DNA of 48,521 nt. Origin: Fidelibacterota bacterium (GTDB taxonomy: Bacteria > Fidelibacterota > Marinisomatia > Marinisomatales > UBA1611). Under the pieces are notes generated by a model. The model was not told the origin of the DNA and ran no database searches. It worked only from the letters and a program-made list of their open reading frames with translations. How positions within the stretch are numbered: position 1 is the stretch's first letter; each line of letters opens with the position of its first letter. Of this stretch, positions 38,176 through 47,987 are shown piece after piece. The stretch is taken from positions 1 to 48,521 of the forward strand of contig JAPYRR010000005.1 of the NCBI GenBank assembly GCA_029936885.1, in the 5' to 3' direction. Both the position numbers and the translations under genes were made by a program.

Positions 38176-39999
38176 TTATATTGACCTGGCCACTTTTATA
38201 ATCTCTGTCGCCACTTTCACAGGAATTCCCGTTTCTCCATGGATCACTTCCGGCGTGAGTTTGGCAATGGCTTTCGGACCGTCAAAGGTTTGGAGCAATT
38301 TTTCCAATCGTTTTTTTCCCATACCCGGGATTTTAGCAAAAACAGATAAAACCATATCCTTATTTCGTTTCTGTCGTTGAAATGTGATGGCAAAACGATG
38401 GGCTTCATCCCTGATCCGGCGTAATAAAATAAGACCCGGACTTTGTTTGTGGATTGATTGTGGGTCCGGATTCCCCGGAACGAAAACTTCTTCCAACCTT
38501 TTAGCCAATCCAACAACTGGAATGTAATCCAAGCCCAATTCTCTTAAGGCCGAAACGGCCATGCTTAACTGTCCTTTTCCCCCATCTATGAGGATAAGAT
38601 CAGGGAAAGGTTTTTCTTCATTTTTTACCCGTTTATAGCGACGAAATACCACTTCTCTCATAGCAGCAAAATCATCAATCCCAGTCACTGTTTTTACATT
38701 GAATTTTCGGTATTCGGTTTTTCTCGGTTTTGCATCGATAAAACAAACTAGGGAAGCCACCGTATTGGTTCCACCAAGATGGGAAATATCAAAAGCTTCA
38801 ATCCGTTTTGGGGGAACATCCATATTCAAATCTTCCTGAAGTTGCCCCAACATCTTTGGAATCTGTTCTTTCCGTTTAACACGATTAATGATCCATTCTC
38901 CCAAAAGGAGTTTCGCATTTTGCATAGTGACACGAAGCTCTTTTGCTTTTTCACCTTTTTGGGGATAGAGAAAATAAACAGCGCCATTTCGTTTTTCTTT
39001 CAACCATTGATTTAAGTCTTTTTCATCATTAGGCTGGAATTGAAGTGAAATTTCCTTTGGGATAAAATCGCTATCCATATAAAACCGTGAAATAACGGTT
39101 TGCAGCGTGGCTTTGTCATTTTCATCTAATCCCCGGAGAGAAAGTTTTTCTCGACTAAAAATCCGTCCATTTCGAATCCGAATAATCACCGCCACACCCA
39201 AATTATCTTCTCTCACCAGGGCGATCACATCTCGTTCTTCAAAATCTGTTGCTACGTGGCTTTGCTTTTCCTTGAAGGATCGCATGGCATACAATTGATC
39301 TCGATACATGGCTGCTTCTTCGTACTTTTGATTTGTGGATGATTTATGCATTAGATCGTTTATAAATGCTTCCGTACTCTTCGTTTTTCCCTTCATGAAA
39401 TCTTCAATACGGTTCACCATTTCTTGATAATTATCCTGAGAAACAAGACCTTCGCATGGACCTTCGCATCTCTTTATATGATAATCGAGGCATAGTTTTA
39501 CCTTTTTCTCAGCAACCATTTTATCATCCAAATAATAACTACAACTCCGAATTGGAAATACTTTATGAAGTGCTTTTAATGTTATACGAAGACGGCCAAC
39601 ATCAGTAAATGGTCCATAATACTTTGAACCATCCTTTATAATTTTTCTCGTCAATAAAACCTGTGGATATGGCTCTTTGGTAATTCGAATGAACGGGTAA
39701 GTTTTATCATCCTTTAAATCTATATTATATCTTGGGCGATGCGTTTTGATGAGATTCGCTTCCGTCATGAGAGCTTCCACTTCATTTCGCACCACGATCC
39801 ATTCAAGATTTTCAATATTTCGAACCAATGAAATAGTTTTTGCTCGCTGGTGTTTTTTACTTTGGAAATAAGTCCGGACCCGATTGCGAAGATTCTTGGC
39901 TTTGCCAACATAAATAATTTTTTTATCGGAATTGAAAAACTGATAAACCCCGGGATGGGTGGGAATTTGTTTCAGTTTTTCTTGGACGACACCATTCAT
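38176..39999 (-). CDS. uvrC: Excinuclease ABC subunit C
   Basis: PGVYQF, YVGKAKNLRNRV, IEAFDISH, DGGKGQL, RDEAHRFAI, HhH tail. Confidence 0.98.
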   Translation of the reverse strand: MNGVVQEKLKQIPTHPGVYQFFNSDKKIIYVGKAKNLRNRVRTYFQSKKHQRAKTISLVRNIENLEWIVVRNEVEALMTEANLIKTHRPRYNIDLKDDKTYPFIRITKEPYPQVLLTRKIIKDGSKYYGPFTDVGRLRITLKALHKVFPIRSCSYYLDDKMVAEKKVKLCLDYHIKRCEGPCEGLVSQDNYQEMVNRIEDFMKGKTKSTEAFINDLMHKSSTNQKYEEAAMYRDQLYAMRSFKEKQSHVATDFEERDVIALVREDNLGVAVIIRIRNGRIFSREKLSLRGLDENDKATLQTVISRFYMDSDFIPKEISLQFQPNDEKDLNQWLKEKRNGAVYFLYPQKGEKAKELRVTMQNAKLLLGEWIINRVKRKEQIPKMLGQLQEDLNMDVPPKRIEAFDISHLGGTNTVASLVCFIDAKPRKTEYRKFNVKTVTGIDDFAAMREVVFRRYKRVKNEEKPFPDLILIDGGKGQLSMAVSALRELGLDYIPVVGLAKRLEEVFVPGNPDPQSIHKQSPGLILLRRIRDEAHRFAITFQRQKRNKDMVLSVFAKIPGMGKKRLEKLLQTFDGPKAIAKLTPEVIHGETGIPVKVATEIIKVARSI

Positions 40000-40291
40000 A
40001 CTTATGTGAAATTACACATTTTTTATTGAGTAATAATTCTTAATGTTGTTTTGATATTTTAACTTTCAAATGAAACATTTAAATAATGATCATAAAGGGT
40101 AATGCTTGTTAATGAATTTTTGAAATAAGTCTATTAAAACGTATTATTTTATATTTATTCTAAAACAGTATATTATTAGTTATACATAGTTTTATAATTA
40201 ATAATTAACTATTTGGATTATAGGAGAATGATGATTAGCATCTACCATTAGAATAACATTTTTGCAAGGTAATCCAAATGATCAACAAAAG

Positions 40292-41737
40292 ATGAAGAAT
40301 ATTCTGTCACTTTATTCTAGCAAATTACTCATTGGTGTGCTAATCGTTTCCTGTGTGTTGCTAAATGCACAGGATAATTCGAAAAAGCGAAAGGTATATC
40401 GTACTCAGAGTGGTGTATTAATTCAGGCACCTAAACCAATCTTTGAAAGAAAGAATAAAAAATCGAAGGTAACTCTAGATAATGTGCAAGGAAAAGCCCA
40501 AAAAGAACGGAAAGAATTAGAATATAAAAATCGGTTAGAAAGTTTGGAATCCCGGTTGACAGAATTGATTGAGCAATCAAATAATTCTCAAAATGATACT
40601 GTTTTTATTTATACAACTTTATATGACACAACAACAGTTTTTGACACAACTTTCATTTACACAAATGCAACAACAACTAACTACGACACTGTGATTATCA
40701 GTGACAGCCTTTATATCATCAATTATGATACAACAACTATCGTAAATACAAATTATGATACAGTGGTGGTGTTAGATACAACTTATCTTTACACCTATGA
40801 TACAACCGTCGTGCGTGATACAGTTTGGGCATTTGCAATAGATACTGTTGTAATTTATGATACAAGTTGGGTTTTTGCCTATGATACGACGACTATTAAC
40901 GATTCCACCTGGGTATTTGCCTATGATACCACTGTTGTTTATGACACACTGGTCATATTTAACAATGACACGGTTACCATCCATACCCATTCATCAAATT
41001 TCACACCAGATATGGCCGATGGACAGCGGTCTCAATTTCCAAAATGGAAATCACTTAATGATGTAATCCGTGCTCGGGACACAGATGATCCCACTGCACA
41101 AGAATGGATTAATCAGGCGCTTTATGCAGCTGGTGGTGATTGGTCAAAAGCAGGAGATGAATATTTAAAATTTCAAAAAATCTATTCATCTGCAATCGTT
41201 AAAAGTATTTTAAATCGACCAAATAACAACAAGTTCATTGGACCTGAGATGAAATACAGATCAGTGGTATTTGATACACTGAAAATTTTATCATTTGATA
41301 CGCTTATTGTCAAAGATACAATCAGGGATTTAATTAAAGAGACGTATGTCAAATATGATACTTCTGTAATTAATAAGCCTAAAGATGTTATCGCTCATGT
41401 TACGCCTCCGGGTCATGAACTCATCCTAAAATTCTATACAAATGGAAATGTTAAGGAAAGAGGTTTGATGAAAGGAACTAAACGTAACAGACTCTGGATC
41501 TTCTACGATGAAAACGGTAAAGAAATTCGTAAAACAACTTACGAAAATGGCAAAATTATAATTGATTCTGACCTTAATGAGATTAAAACCCTTAATGAGA
41601 TTAAAACAGATACATTAGGACAATCAAATGAAAAACCCGAAGTTGAGTCTGCCGAATTAAAGTCAAAAAAATCATCGAAGAGATTTTTTTTCTTTTCTAA
41701 ACGCGATGCTCAAATTCCCTTTCAGAACAGCGAATAA
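40292..41737 (+). CDS. Exported protein: coiled coil, D-[T/S] repeat region, insert domain, MORN-variant-like C-terminus
   Basis: Signal peptide from ATG 40292 (LLNA|Q); heptad ELEYKNRLESLESRLTELIE; 17 D-[TS] motifs; FYTNGN.KE.G......G/R.W.FYDENG....YENG. Confidence 0.8.
   Translation: MKNILSLYSSKLLIGVLIVSCVLLNAQDNSKKRKVYRTQSGVLIQAPKPIFERKNKKSKVTLDNVQGKAQKERKELEYKNRLESLESRLTELIEQSNNSQNDTVFIYTTLYDTTTVFDTTFIYTNATTTNYDTVIISDSLYIINYDTTTIVNTNYDTVVVLDTTYLYTYDTTVVRDTVWAFAIDTVVIYDTSWVFAYDTTTINDSTWVFAYDTTVVYDTLVIFNNDTVTIHTHSSNFTPDMADGQRSQFPKWKSLNDVIRARDTDDPTAQEWINQALYAAGGDWSKAGDEYLKFQKIYSSAIVKSILNRPNNNKFIGPEMKYRSVVFDTLKILSFDTLIVKDTIRDLIKETYVKYDTSVINKPKDVIAHVTPPGHELILKFYTNGNVKERGLMKGTKRNRLWIFYDENGKEIRKTTYENGKIIIDSDLNEIKTLNEIKTDTLGQSNEKPEVESAELKSKKSSKRFFFFSKRDAQIPFQNSE
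40796..40963 (+). repeat. Four degenerate 42-bp (14-aa) in-frame tandem repeats
   Basis: YDTTVVRDTVWAFA / IDTVVIYDTSWVFA / YDTTTINDSTWVFA / YDTTVVYDTLVIFN at 40796, 40838, 40880, 40922. Confidence 0.8.
41572..41607 (+). repeat. Perfect 18-bp tandem duplication (LNEIKT x2)
   Basis: CCTTAATGAGATTAAAAC repeated twice. Confidence 0.9.
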
Positions 41738-41772
41738 TCCTAAGAACACCCAAAATAGTATTTAATGGTTTC

Positions 41773-42180
41773 TTAATTCTGCTTTTCAGCTAATTCTACT
41801 AATACCCCACCCGTTGATTTTGGATGAATGAATACAACTTTATACCCTTCTGCTCCAGTGGATGGTTCATCGCTTAATACATGAATATTATTTTCTTTAA
41901 GTTCCTTTATTGCTAGATATATATCTTCTACTTCAAAACATACATGATGGATTCCGGCCCCTCGTTTTTCTATGAATTTCGCGATAGCTGATCCTGGTTT
42001 TGTTGATTCAAGGAGTTCAATTTTTCCATTCCCTGTGTCATAAATATCCGTGGTAACACTCTGGTCTTCCACCACTTCTGTGGATTGGTGTTCAATATTT
42101 AAAATATGATTCCAAAATGGGGCATCATTTTCCAGGTCTTTTACGGCAATTCCGAGATGTTCAATTCCAAGTATTTTCAT
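41773..42180 (-). CDS. mce: Methylmalonyl-CoA epimerase
   Basis: IEHLGIAV, KIELLE, G.GIHHVCFEV, FIHPKSTGGVLVEL. Confidence 0.93.
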   Translation of the reverse strand: MKILGIEHLGIAVKDLENDAPFWNHILNIEHQSTEVVEDQSVTTDIYDTGNGKIELLESTKPGSAIAKFIEKRGAGIHHVCFEVEDIYLAIKELKENNIHVLSDEPSTGAEGYKVVFIHPKSTGGVLVELAEKQN

Positions 42181-42223
42181 TTTTTATTTCAACACAGATT
42201 TCATTATGATTACTCATAAATAT

Positions 42224-43255
42224 TTACAATAAATTTTCCGAGTTGGAATTTAACTTTAATCCCAACCCATTCCCATTTGGTAACACCAGTCTCCCTTCTT
42301 CTACCTTTACTCCAAGATAAGGATCATTATTGATCAGTAAATTCCCATCCAGATCAACCTTATCAACTTCTCCAGCCAATTGTGCAGCGGCTGTAATGCC
42401 AACAGACGATTCAACCATACATCCTAACATGATTTTCATATCATAAAATCGTGCCAAATTAATCATTCTTTTCCCTTCTTCCAGAGATCCACATTTCATG
42501 AGTTTAATATTGATCCCATCAAATGCATGTGCGATTTGCGGAATATCCGCGGAATTAATGCTATTCTCATCTGCATAAATATCAAGAGGTGATTTTGCCT
42601 TTAAAGCTGCCGTTTTATCTAATTGATCAGCCGGGAAAGGCTGTTCCACAAATTCTACATTCTGATCTGCAAGCCACTTTGTTAATTCCAATGCTGTCTC
42701 CGGCTCCCACCCTTCATTGGCATCAATTCGAATAACTTTATCAGTGTGTCGCCTTATTTCTGTCATGATATCTCTATCCATTGTCGGTGTGCCCAATTTC
42801 ACCTTAAGAATAGGGTAAGGATCAGCTTCATCAATTTTTTGCCCAATTTCGTCCAACTCCCCAATTGCGATTGTAAAACTGGTTAGTGGCAATTTTTCTG
42901 TTTTAAAATCCATCAAGTTAAATACCGGTTTTTCACATTTTTGTCCCCACCAATCCCACAAAGCCATGCTGAAGGCAGCTTCCAAAGCATTAATTCCTTT
43001 TAACTGAGGTAAAATGTAATTCCAAATAATATCACGATTTGAGCAATCGTCCGGGAGTTTAACCTTCTGCTTCAATACTGAAAGAATTCGCTCCGTTGAT
43101 TCATTATATCGTAAAGAGGGTGCAGCTTCTCCCCGACCCATAATTTCTCCATCCTTCAAATAAATCAAGATAATATCGTACCAGTCGTGGGCACTTCGGG
43201 CAATACCAAAAGTATGATTTAAGTGAATTCGATACGTGGTAAATATTAATTCCAT
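42224..43255 (-). CDS. Dipeptide epimerase (enolase superfamily; L-Ala-D/L-Glu epimerase / DgcA-like)
   Basis: F.IAR, GEAAP, KVKLG, DANEGW, EQP, ADE, IKLMKCG, DLDG. Confidence 0.88.
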   Translation of the reverse strand: MELIFTTYRIHLNHTFGIARSAHDWYDIILIYLKDGEIMGRGEAAPSLRYNESTERILSVLKQKVKLPDDCSNRDIIWNYILPQLKGINALEAAFSMALWDWWGQKCEKPVFNLMDFKTEKLPLTSFTIAIGELDEIGQKIDEADPYPILKVKLGTPTMDRDIMTEIRRHTDKVIRIDANEGWEPETALELTKWLADQNVEFVEQPFPADQLDKTAALKAKSPLDIYADENSINSADIPQIAHAFDGINIKLMKCGSLEEGKRMINLARFYDMKIMLGCMVESSVGITAAAQLAGEVDKVDLDGNLLINNDPYLGVKVEEGRLVLPNGNGLGLKLNSNSENLL

Positions 43256-44283
43256 TCGTCCAACGCACTTAGTATTCGTTCAAGCATTTCCTTTCCACCA
43301 AACCGAATCAAATCTGTTACAGGTAAGCCATATCGATCTTGCGCAGAATTACAGGTTTCCATTGCCGGATCATTGTGAAGTTTCAGTGTGAGAAAGTTAA
43401 GTCCTAAAAATGATGATTTTTTGAAGGGCTTCATGAGGTCAATATGCATTTGCATTAGCTCTTTCAAGTCCGGAAAGGGATTCCCAGCCACATCTACATC
43501 TCGACCCGGTTCATGCGTAAAGATCATAAAATCGGGCATACATCCATGAAGCAGCCCCAAGGTAACACCAGAGTAAAGCATATTATTTAACGCGCCCTGA
43601 CCTTCTACAATAGCCAATTCTGTATCATCTGGAAGTTGATCCAGACAATACTCGATCTCACCTGCCATAAAATCTGATACGACTGCATCAATCGGAACTC
43701 CTTTCCCAGATAATAAAATTCCTGTTTGCCCTGTACCTACAAATTCGACTTTTCTGCCTTGATCCTTTAAGGATTTGATAAGTTCCCAAGCTGTTGTCAT
43801 TTTCCCCGTATCACAATCGGAGCCTACTATGAGTAAAACAGGGAATTTTCTATTGATCCATGATCCTTTTGGGAAATGTGGCGGACTTGGCGGTTGGCGA
43901 AGATCTGTAATTGACATATCCATTTTATTGGCTAATTCTGATAGTTCTTCATCTTCATTTAAGAAAACATGCATCCCCGAAATAATATGACACTCGTAAA
44001 GGAGTGCATCCTTAATCTCATGCCGGTATGCATCATTTAACTTTCCCCCTTGAGGTGCAGCACCTATAACAAGATGTGTTGGAGAGAATTTTTTCGAATC
44101 TGAAAATGTAGCAACGCAAGGAATATCCCCGCCCCATCCTAGAACCTGTTCAGCTGTTTGACCCGTTTTCTCAGGATCAATTACACACACCACTTCTTCT
44201 GGTCGATTACGAATGAGCATGTTGCCTGTTTTATTCTCAATATAATCATATGCTCCAATGGCAAGTATTGCGTACCGTTTCAT
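43246..44283 (-). CDS. DUF1611 family protein (DgcN-like N-acetyltransferase)
   Basis: IG.AP.GG.L, SGMH.FL, G.DC..GKMTT, TGQTGI, PIDAVVSDF.AG, VEGQG, LLHG..PD. Confidence 0.88.
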   Translation of the reverse strand: MKRYAILAIGAYDYIENKTGNMLIRNRPEEVVCVIDPEKTGQTAEQVLGWGGDIPCVATFSDSKKFSPTHLVIGAAPQGGKLNDAYRHEIKDALLYECHIISGMHVFLNEDEELSELANKMDMSITDLRQPPSPPHFPKGSWINRKFPVLLIVGSDCDTGKMTTAWELIKSLKDQGRKVEFVGTGQTGILLSGKGVPIDAVVSDFMAGEIEYCLDQLPDDTELAIVEGQGALNNMLYSGVTLGLLHGCMPDFMIFTHEPGRDVDVAGNPFPDLKELMQMHIDLMKPFKKSSFLGLNFLTLKLHNDPAMETCNSAQDRYGLPVTDLIRFGGKEMLERILSALDEWN

Positions 44284-44327
44284 ATAGATAAACTTTTGGA
44301 AACCCTACTTTAAATATTAAAAAGAGA

Positions 44328-45098
44328 TTAAGATCGAAAGTCAGCTTTTCGCTTTTCAACAAATGCTGTAAGACCTTCTGAAGTCTCATCTGTTCCAAAA
44401 AGATCACTGAAAGCTTCTACTTCCAGATTTAATCCATCGATGAGTGTATTCCCTGCAGATTTATGAATACAATGTAAAGATTCGGCTATGGATCTTGGTC
44501 CATTTCCAAGAATGAGCTTGGCAAATTTCATTGTTTCTTCCATCAATTGATCCAAAGGAAATATTTTATTCACAAGTCCAATCCTGTGCGCCTCTTGTGA
44601 ATTAATCATATGGCCACCAATAATCAGTTCTATCGCATTCCCTTTTCCCACAATCCTAGGTAAGCGCTGGGTGCCACCCCATCCTGGAATGAGTCCCAAT
44701 TTCACTTCCGGTTGTGCAAACATAGCATTTTCACTTGCAAATCTAATATGGCATGCGAGACTGATCTCACATCCCCCGCCCAAGGCAAATCCATTCACAG
44801 CAGCTATAACCGGTTTTGGGGAATCTTCGATTGTCATGGTTATTTTCTGACCCAGTTTACCAAAATCCAATGCTCCTTCTGTATCGAGTTGCTGCATTAG
44901 TTTAATATCTGCACCTGCAATAAAAGCTTTTTCTCCCGCGCCAGTCAATATTATTACGCCCACATTTTTATCTGCAATAAATGTCTTTACAGCTAGGTCT
45001 AATTCTCGTAGTACCTGCGGATTCATCGCATTTAATGCATCCTGTCTATCAATAGTCAAAATCCCAACTTGATCAATTATTTCTATTTTAATAAACAT
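44328..45098 (-). CDS. Enoyl-CoA hydratase (crotonase)
   Basis: AFIAGADI, NGFALGGGCE, QPEVKLGLIPGWGGTQRL. Confidence 0.92.
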   Translation of the reverse strand: MFIKIEIIDQVGILTIDRQDALNAMNPQVLRELDLAVKTFIADKNVGVIILTGAGEKAFIAGADIKLMQQLDTEGALDFGKLGQKITMTIEDSPKPVIAAVNGFALGGGCEISLACHIRFASENAMFAQPEVKLGLIPGWGGTQRLPRIVGKGNAIELIIGGHMINSQEAHRIGLVNKIFPLDQLMEETMKFAKLILGNGPRSIAESLHCIHKSAGNTLIDGLNLEVEAFSDLFGTDETSEGLTAFVEKRKADFRS

Positions 45099-45106
45099 TT
45101 AAATCC

Positions 45107-46576
45107 TTATTTCCAAAACGTTCGACTAAATAGTACCATGACGGTAAAAATTTCTAATCTCCCTAGGAGCATACAAAATGTAAGAACCCATTTCCCAGGA
45201 TCAGACAAAAGTGCATAATTATCTGTTGGCCCAAACTCTCCTAACCCAGGACCAATATTCCCCATGGCGGATGCAGCAGCACCGATGGCTGTTTCAAGAT
45301 CCAGCCCCATGGATGAAAGAATGATTGTTGAAACCATAAATGCCATCATGAAAAACAGAAAAAAGCCCAAAGTATTTCTTACAACATCTTCCTTGATTAA
45401 TTGTTTACCGATACGTACGGGAATCAATGCTCTGGAATGTAACATCCGACGAGTTTCCAAAGCGGCGTACTGCACCAGCAACATACATCGAATGACTTTC
45501 ATTCCACCACCTGTAGAGCCTCCCATTCCTCCCACGAACATTAAAGAGAGTAAAACCAACTGTACAAATACAGGCCACAATTCATAATCTTCTGACCCAA
45601 ATCCTGTTGTTGTTAAAATACTGATTGTCGCAAAAAGCGATTCTCGGAAATTCAGATGAGTCATGGAATCTCCTTGTAAAGAAATTGCTAAAAAAATTAA
45701 AGAAGTGACAATGACTGTTCCACCCAGATACACTAAAAATTCTTTATCTTGAACATAGGATTTCATGTTTCCATTTAATGCTCTGAAATGAAGCGTAAAA
45801 TTCACACCCGCAACAAACATGAAAAATATTATGATATAATGAATCACAGAACTATCATAATATCCGATACTTGCATTTTTTGTGGAAAATCCACCTGTGG
45901 GCATCGTCGTAAATGAATGGCAGATAGCATCAAAGGAATCCATCCCGGCTACCATGAGAGCAATGGCTTCAACAGCCGTTATTCCAACATAAACAATCCA
46001 AAGGAATTTTGCCGTTTCACGAACTCTAGGTGTAATTTTATCCGCAACTGGTCCAGGAACTTCTGCCTTAAATAATTGTACACCACCGACCCCCAATAAT
46101 GGAAGAATCGCAATATAGAATACAACAATTCCCATCCCACCAATCCATTGTATAAATGAACGCCAAAAAAGGATTCCGTGCGGAAGGCTCTCAATACCAT
46201 TAGGCAAATTTGGTAATGTTATGGGATTACCAATAATGGATGCACCTGTTGTCGTGACACCGGACATGGATTCAAAAAATGCGTCGGTGATGTTAGGAAT
46301 TGCTCCTGAAAAATAGAATGGTAATGCGCCAGCCACAGCTGTAAGAATCCAAGAGAATGTAACAATTGCAAATCCATCCCGATTTGTAAAAGATCTACTA
46401 TGTTGTGTCAAAAGCCAAACGGGTATTCCAATTCCCAAACAGATCAATGATGAATACAAAAATCCAGACAGATCAGATTCTCCATAACCATAGGATATAA
46501 AAATAGGCAATACCATTGTAATGCCTAATATTGAGAGAAGTGCCCCCAAAATATTCAGGAGTGGCTTGATTTTCAT
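45107..46576 (-). CDS. trkH: Trk potassium uptake membrane protein
   Basis: FFESMSG.TTTGA, QWIGGMG, TGGFS, TTTGF, GSTGGGMK, GNIGPG, GRLE. Confidence 0.95.
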   Translation of the reverse strand: MKIKPLLNILGALLSILGITMVLPIFISYGYGESDLSGFLYSSLICLGIGIPVWLLTQHSRSFTNRDGFAIVTFSWILTAVAGALPFYFSGAIPNITDAFFESMSGVTTTGASIIGNPITLPNLPNGIESLPHGILFWRSFIQWIGGMGIVVFYIAILPLLGVGGVQLFKAEVPGPVADKITPRVRETAKFLWIVYVGITAVEAIALMVAGMDSFDAICHSFTTMPTGGFSTKNASIGYYDSSVIHYIIIFFMFVAGVNFTLHFRALNGNMKSYVQDKEFLVYLGGTVIVTSLIFLAISLQGDSMTHLNFRESLFATISILTTTGFGSEDYELWPVFVQLVLLSLMFVGGMGGSTGGGMKVIRCMLLVQYAALETRRMLHSRALIPVRIGKQLIKEDVVRNTLGFFLFFMMAFMVSTIILSSMGLDLETAIGAAASAMGNIGPGLGEFGPTDNYALLSDPGKWVLTFCMLLGRLEIFTVMVLFSRTFWK

Positions 46577-47925
46577 GATCCGAACAGTTTTTTTAATTTA
46601 CTTATGGCTTTCGGTTTTGCAAAAACCAATGCAGTATCATCTTCAGTTATGATGGAAGATCCATGAGCAATCCGAATCTTGCCATGATGGTTAATCATCC
46701 CAACAATACTGTCATCTGGGAAATTTAATTCTTTTAAGGGCCTTTGTGTTACAAGGCTACCTGCATCAGGTTGGAATTCAATTACATCCACATCAATTTC
46801 ATCAAACGTTACAACTGGTATTTCAGTTACGTCTGAATGAAGTTCCTTTAATATTGAATTCACAGTGGATAGATTTTTACTAATGACTGCCCCTGCCCCA
46901 ATTTCTTGAATCGTAGAGATATATTCCGTCGTCGAAATATGTATAATAGTTTGCTTTGCACCTAAATGTTTAGCGAGGAGACCTGCAATCAAATTTGTTT
47001 TTTCATTTTCTGTAACAGAAATAAAACTATCAACTTCCTGAATATTTTCTGATTTGAGAAATTCAATATCAGTTCCATCGCCATAAATGACCATAGATTC
47101 ATCAATAGTGTGTGAAATTTGCCCCGCTTTTGGTCTATTATTTTCTACTAAGCGAACGTTAATAGAATCGCTGGGAAGGTCTATCGCTAATGATCGCCCA
47201 ATTTTTGAGCCACCAATTATCATAACCCGATGAGTTTCTGTCACATCTTTACATAATAATCCTAATAAGTTTTCAATATCTTCTGTTTTAATAATGAAAT
47301 ACCCTATATCACCATCATGGAATTCAAAGTCCGCCCATGGAACTATAGTTTCTAATCCCCTAAGAACGGCAATTACACCAAACCGAAAATGACTATTTTC
47401 TAAACAAACTTTTCCAAGTGGTTTACCATTTAGGTTTTCGCAATTTCCATCAATCCGTAATCCTAACATGGTAAGACGTCCGGATTCAAAATCCATTACT
47501 TGGACTGCATAGGGGTGTTTCACCAATCGTATAATTTCTTCACAAGCAGCTTTTTCAGGATGAATCACTATATCCACACCAAATTTTTCGGGTCGAATAA
47601 TGGAATCCTTTGCTGTGTATTGTTGGTTTCGAAGCCGGGCAATAATTTTATTCGCACCCAATTTGTGAGCCTGTTGGGATGCTATTAGGTTGACTTCATC
47701 AACACGAGTAAGACATAGAACATAGTCAGCCTCTCCTACATGTGCTTCTGTAAGCGTTTTTGGGCTTGCTCCATTTCCCTCTACGACAATTACATCCAAG
47801 TTTTCTGACGCACGTCTACACTTAAATGGATCATTGTCGATAACTGTTATATCGTAATTTTCTTCGCTTAATGCTTTGGCAACGTGGAACCCCACCTCAC
47901 CTCCACCAATTATAATTACCTTCAT
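46573..47925 (-). CDS. trkA: Trk potassium transport NAD-binding subunit
   Basis: Two RCK N/C pairs: IIGGGEVG and IIGGSKIG; adjacent to trkH. Confidence 0.95.
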   Translation of the reverse strand: MKVIIIGGGEVGFHVAKALSEENYDITVIDNDPFKCRRASENLDVIVVEGNGASPKTLTEAHVGEADYVLCLTRVDEVNLIASQQAHKLGANKIIARLRNQQYTAKDSIIRPEKFGVDIVIHPEKAACEEIIRLVKHPYAVQVMDFESGRLTMLGLRIDGNCENLNGKPLGKVCLENSHFRFGVIAVLRGLETIVPWADFEFHDGDIGYFIIKTEDIENLLGLLCKDVTETHRVMIIGGSKIGRSLAIDLPSDSINVRLVENNRPKAGQISHTIDESMVIYGDGTDIEFLKSENIQEVDSFISVTENEKTNLIAGLLAKHLGAKQTIIHISTTEYISTIQEIGAGAVISKNLSTVNSILKELHSDVTEIPVVTFDEIDVDVIEFQPDAGSLVTQRPLKELNFPDDSIVGMINHHGKIRIAHGSSIITEDDTALVFAKPKAISKLKKLFGS

Positions 47926-47987
47926 ACCATGATACTCTTAAATATCTATCGAAAAAATTACTTCAATTAATGGCCAAAAAAAGCATT

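Noticed and set aside
40000-40291. Very AT-rich spacer as oriC or dif; 7-8-codon ORF after AGGAG at 40222
   Set aside because: No clear DnaA-box cluster or XerC/D arms; best explained as a divergent promoter region. The mini-ORF is too short to support.
40592-40990. Possible CRISPR array or DGR repeat
   Set aside because: Repeats are in-frame, degenerate at third positions and have no unique spacers; no cas genes, reverse transcriptase or template repeat in the window.
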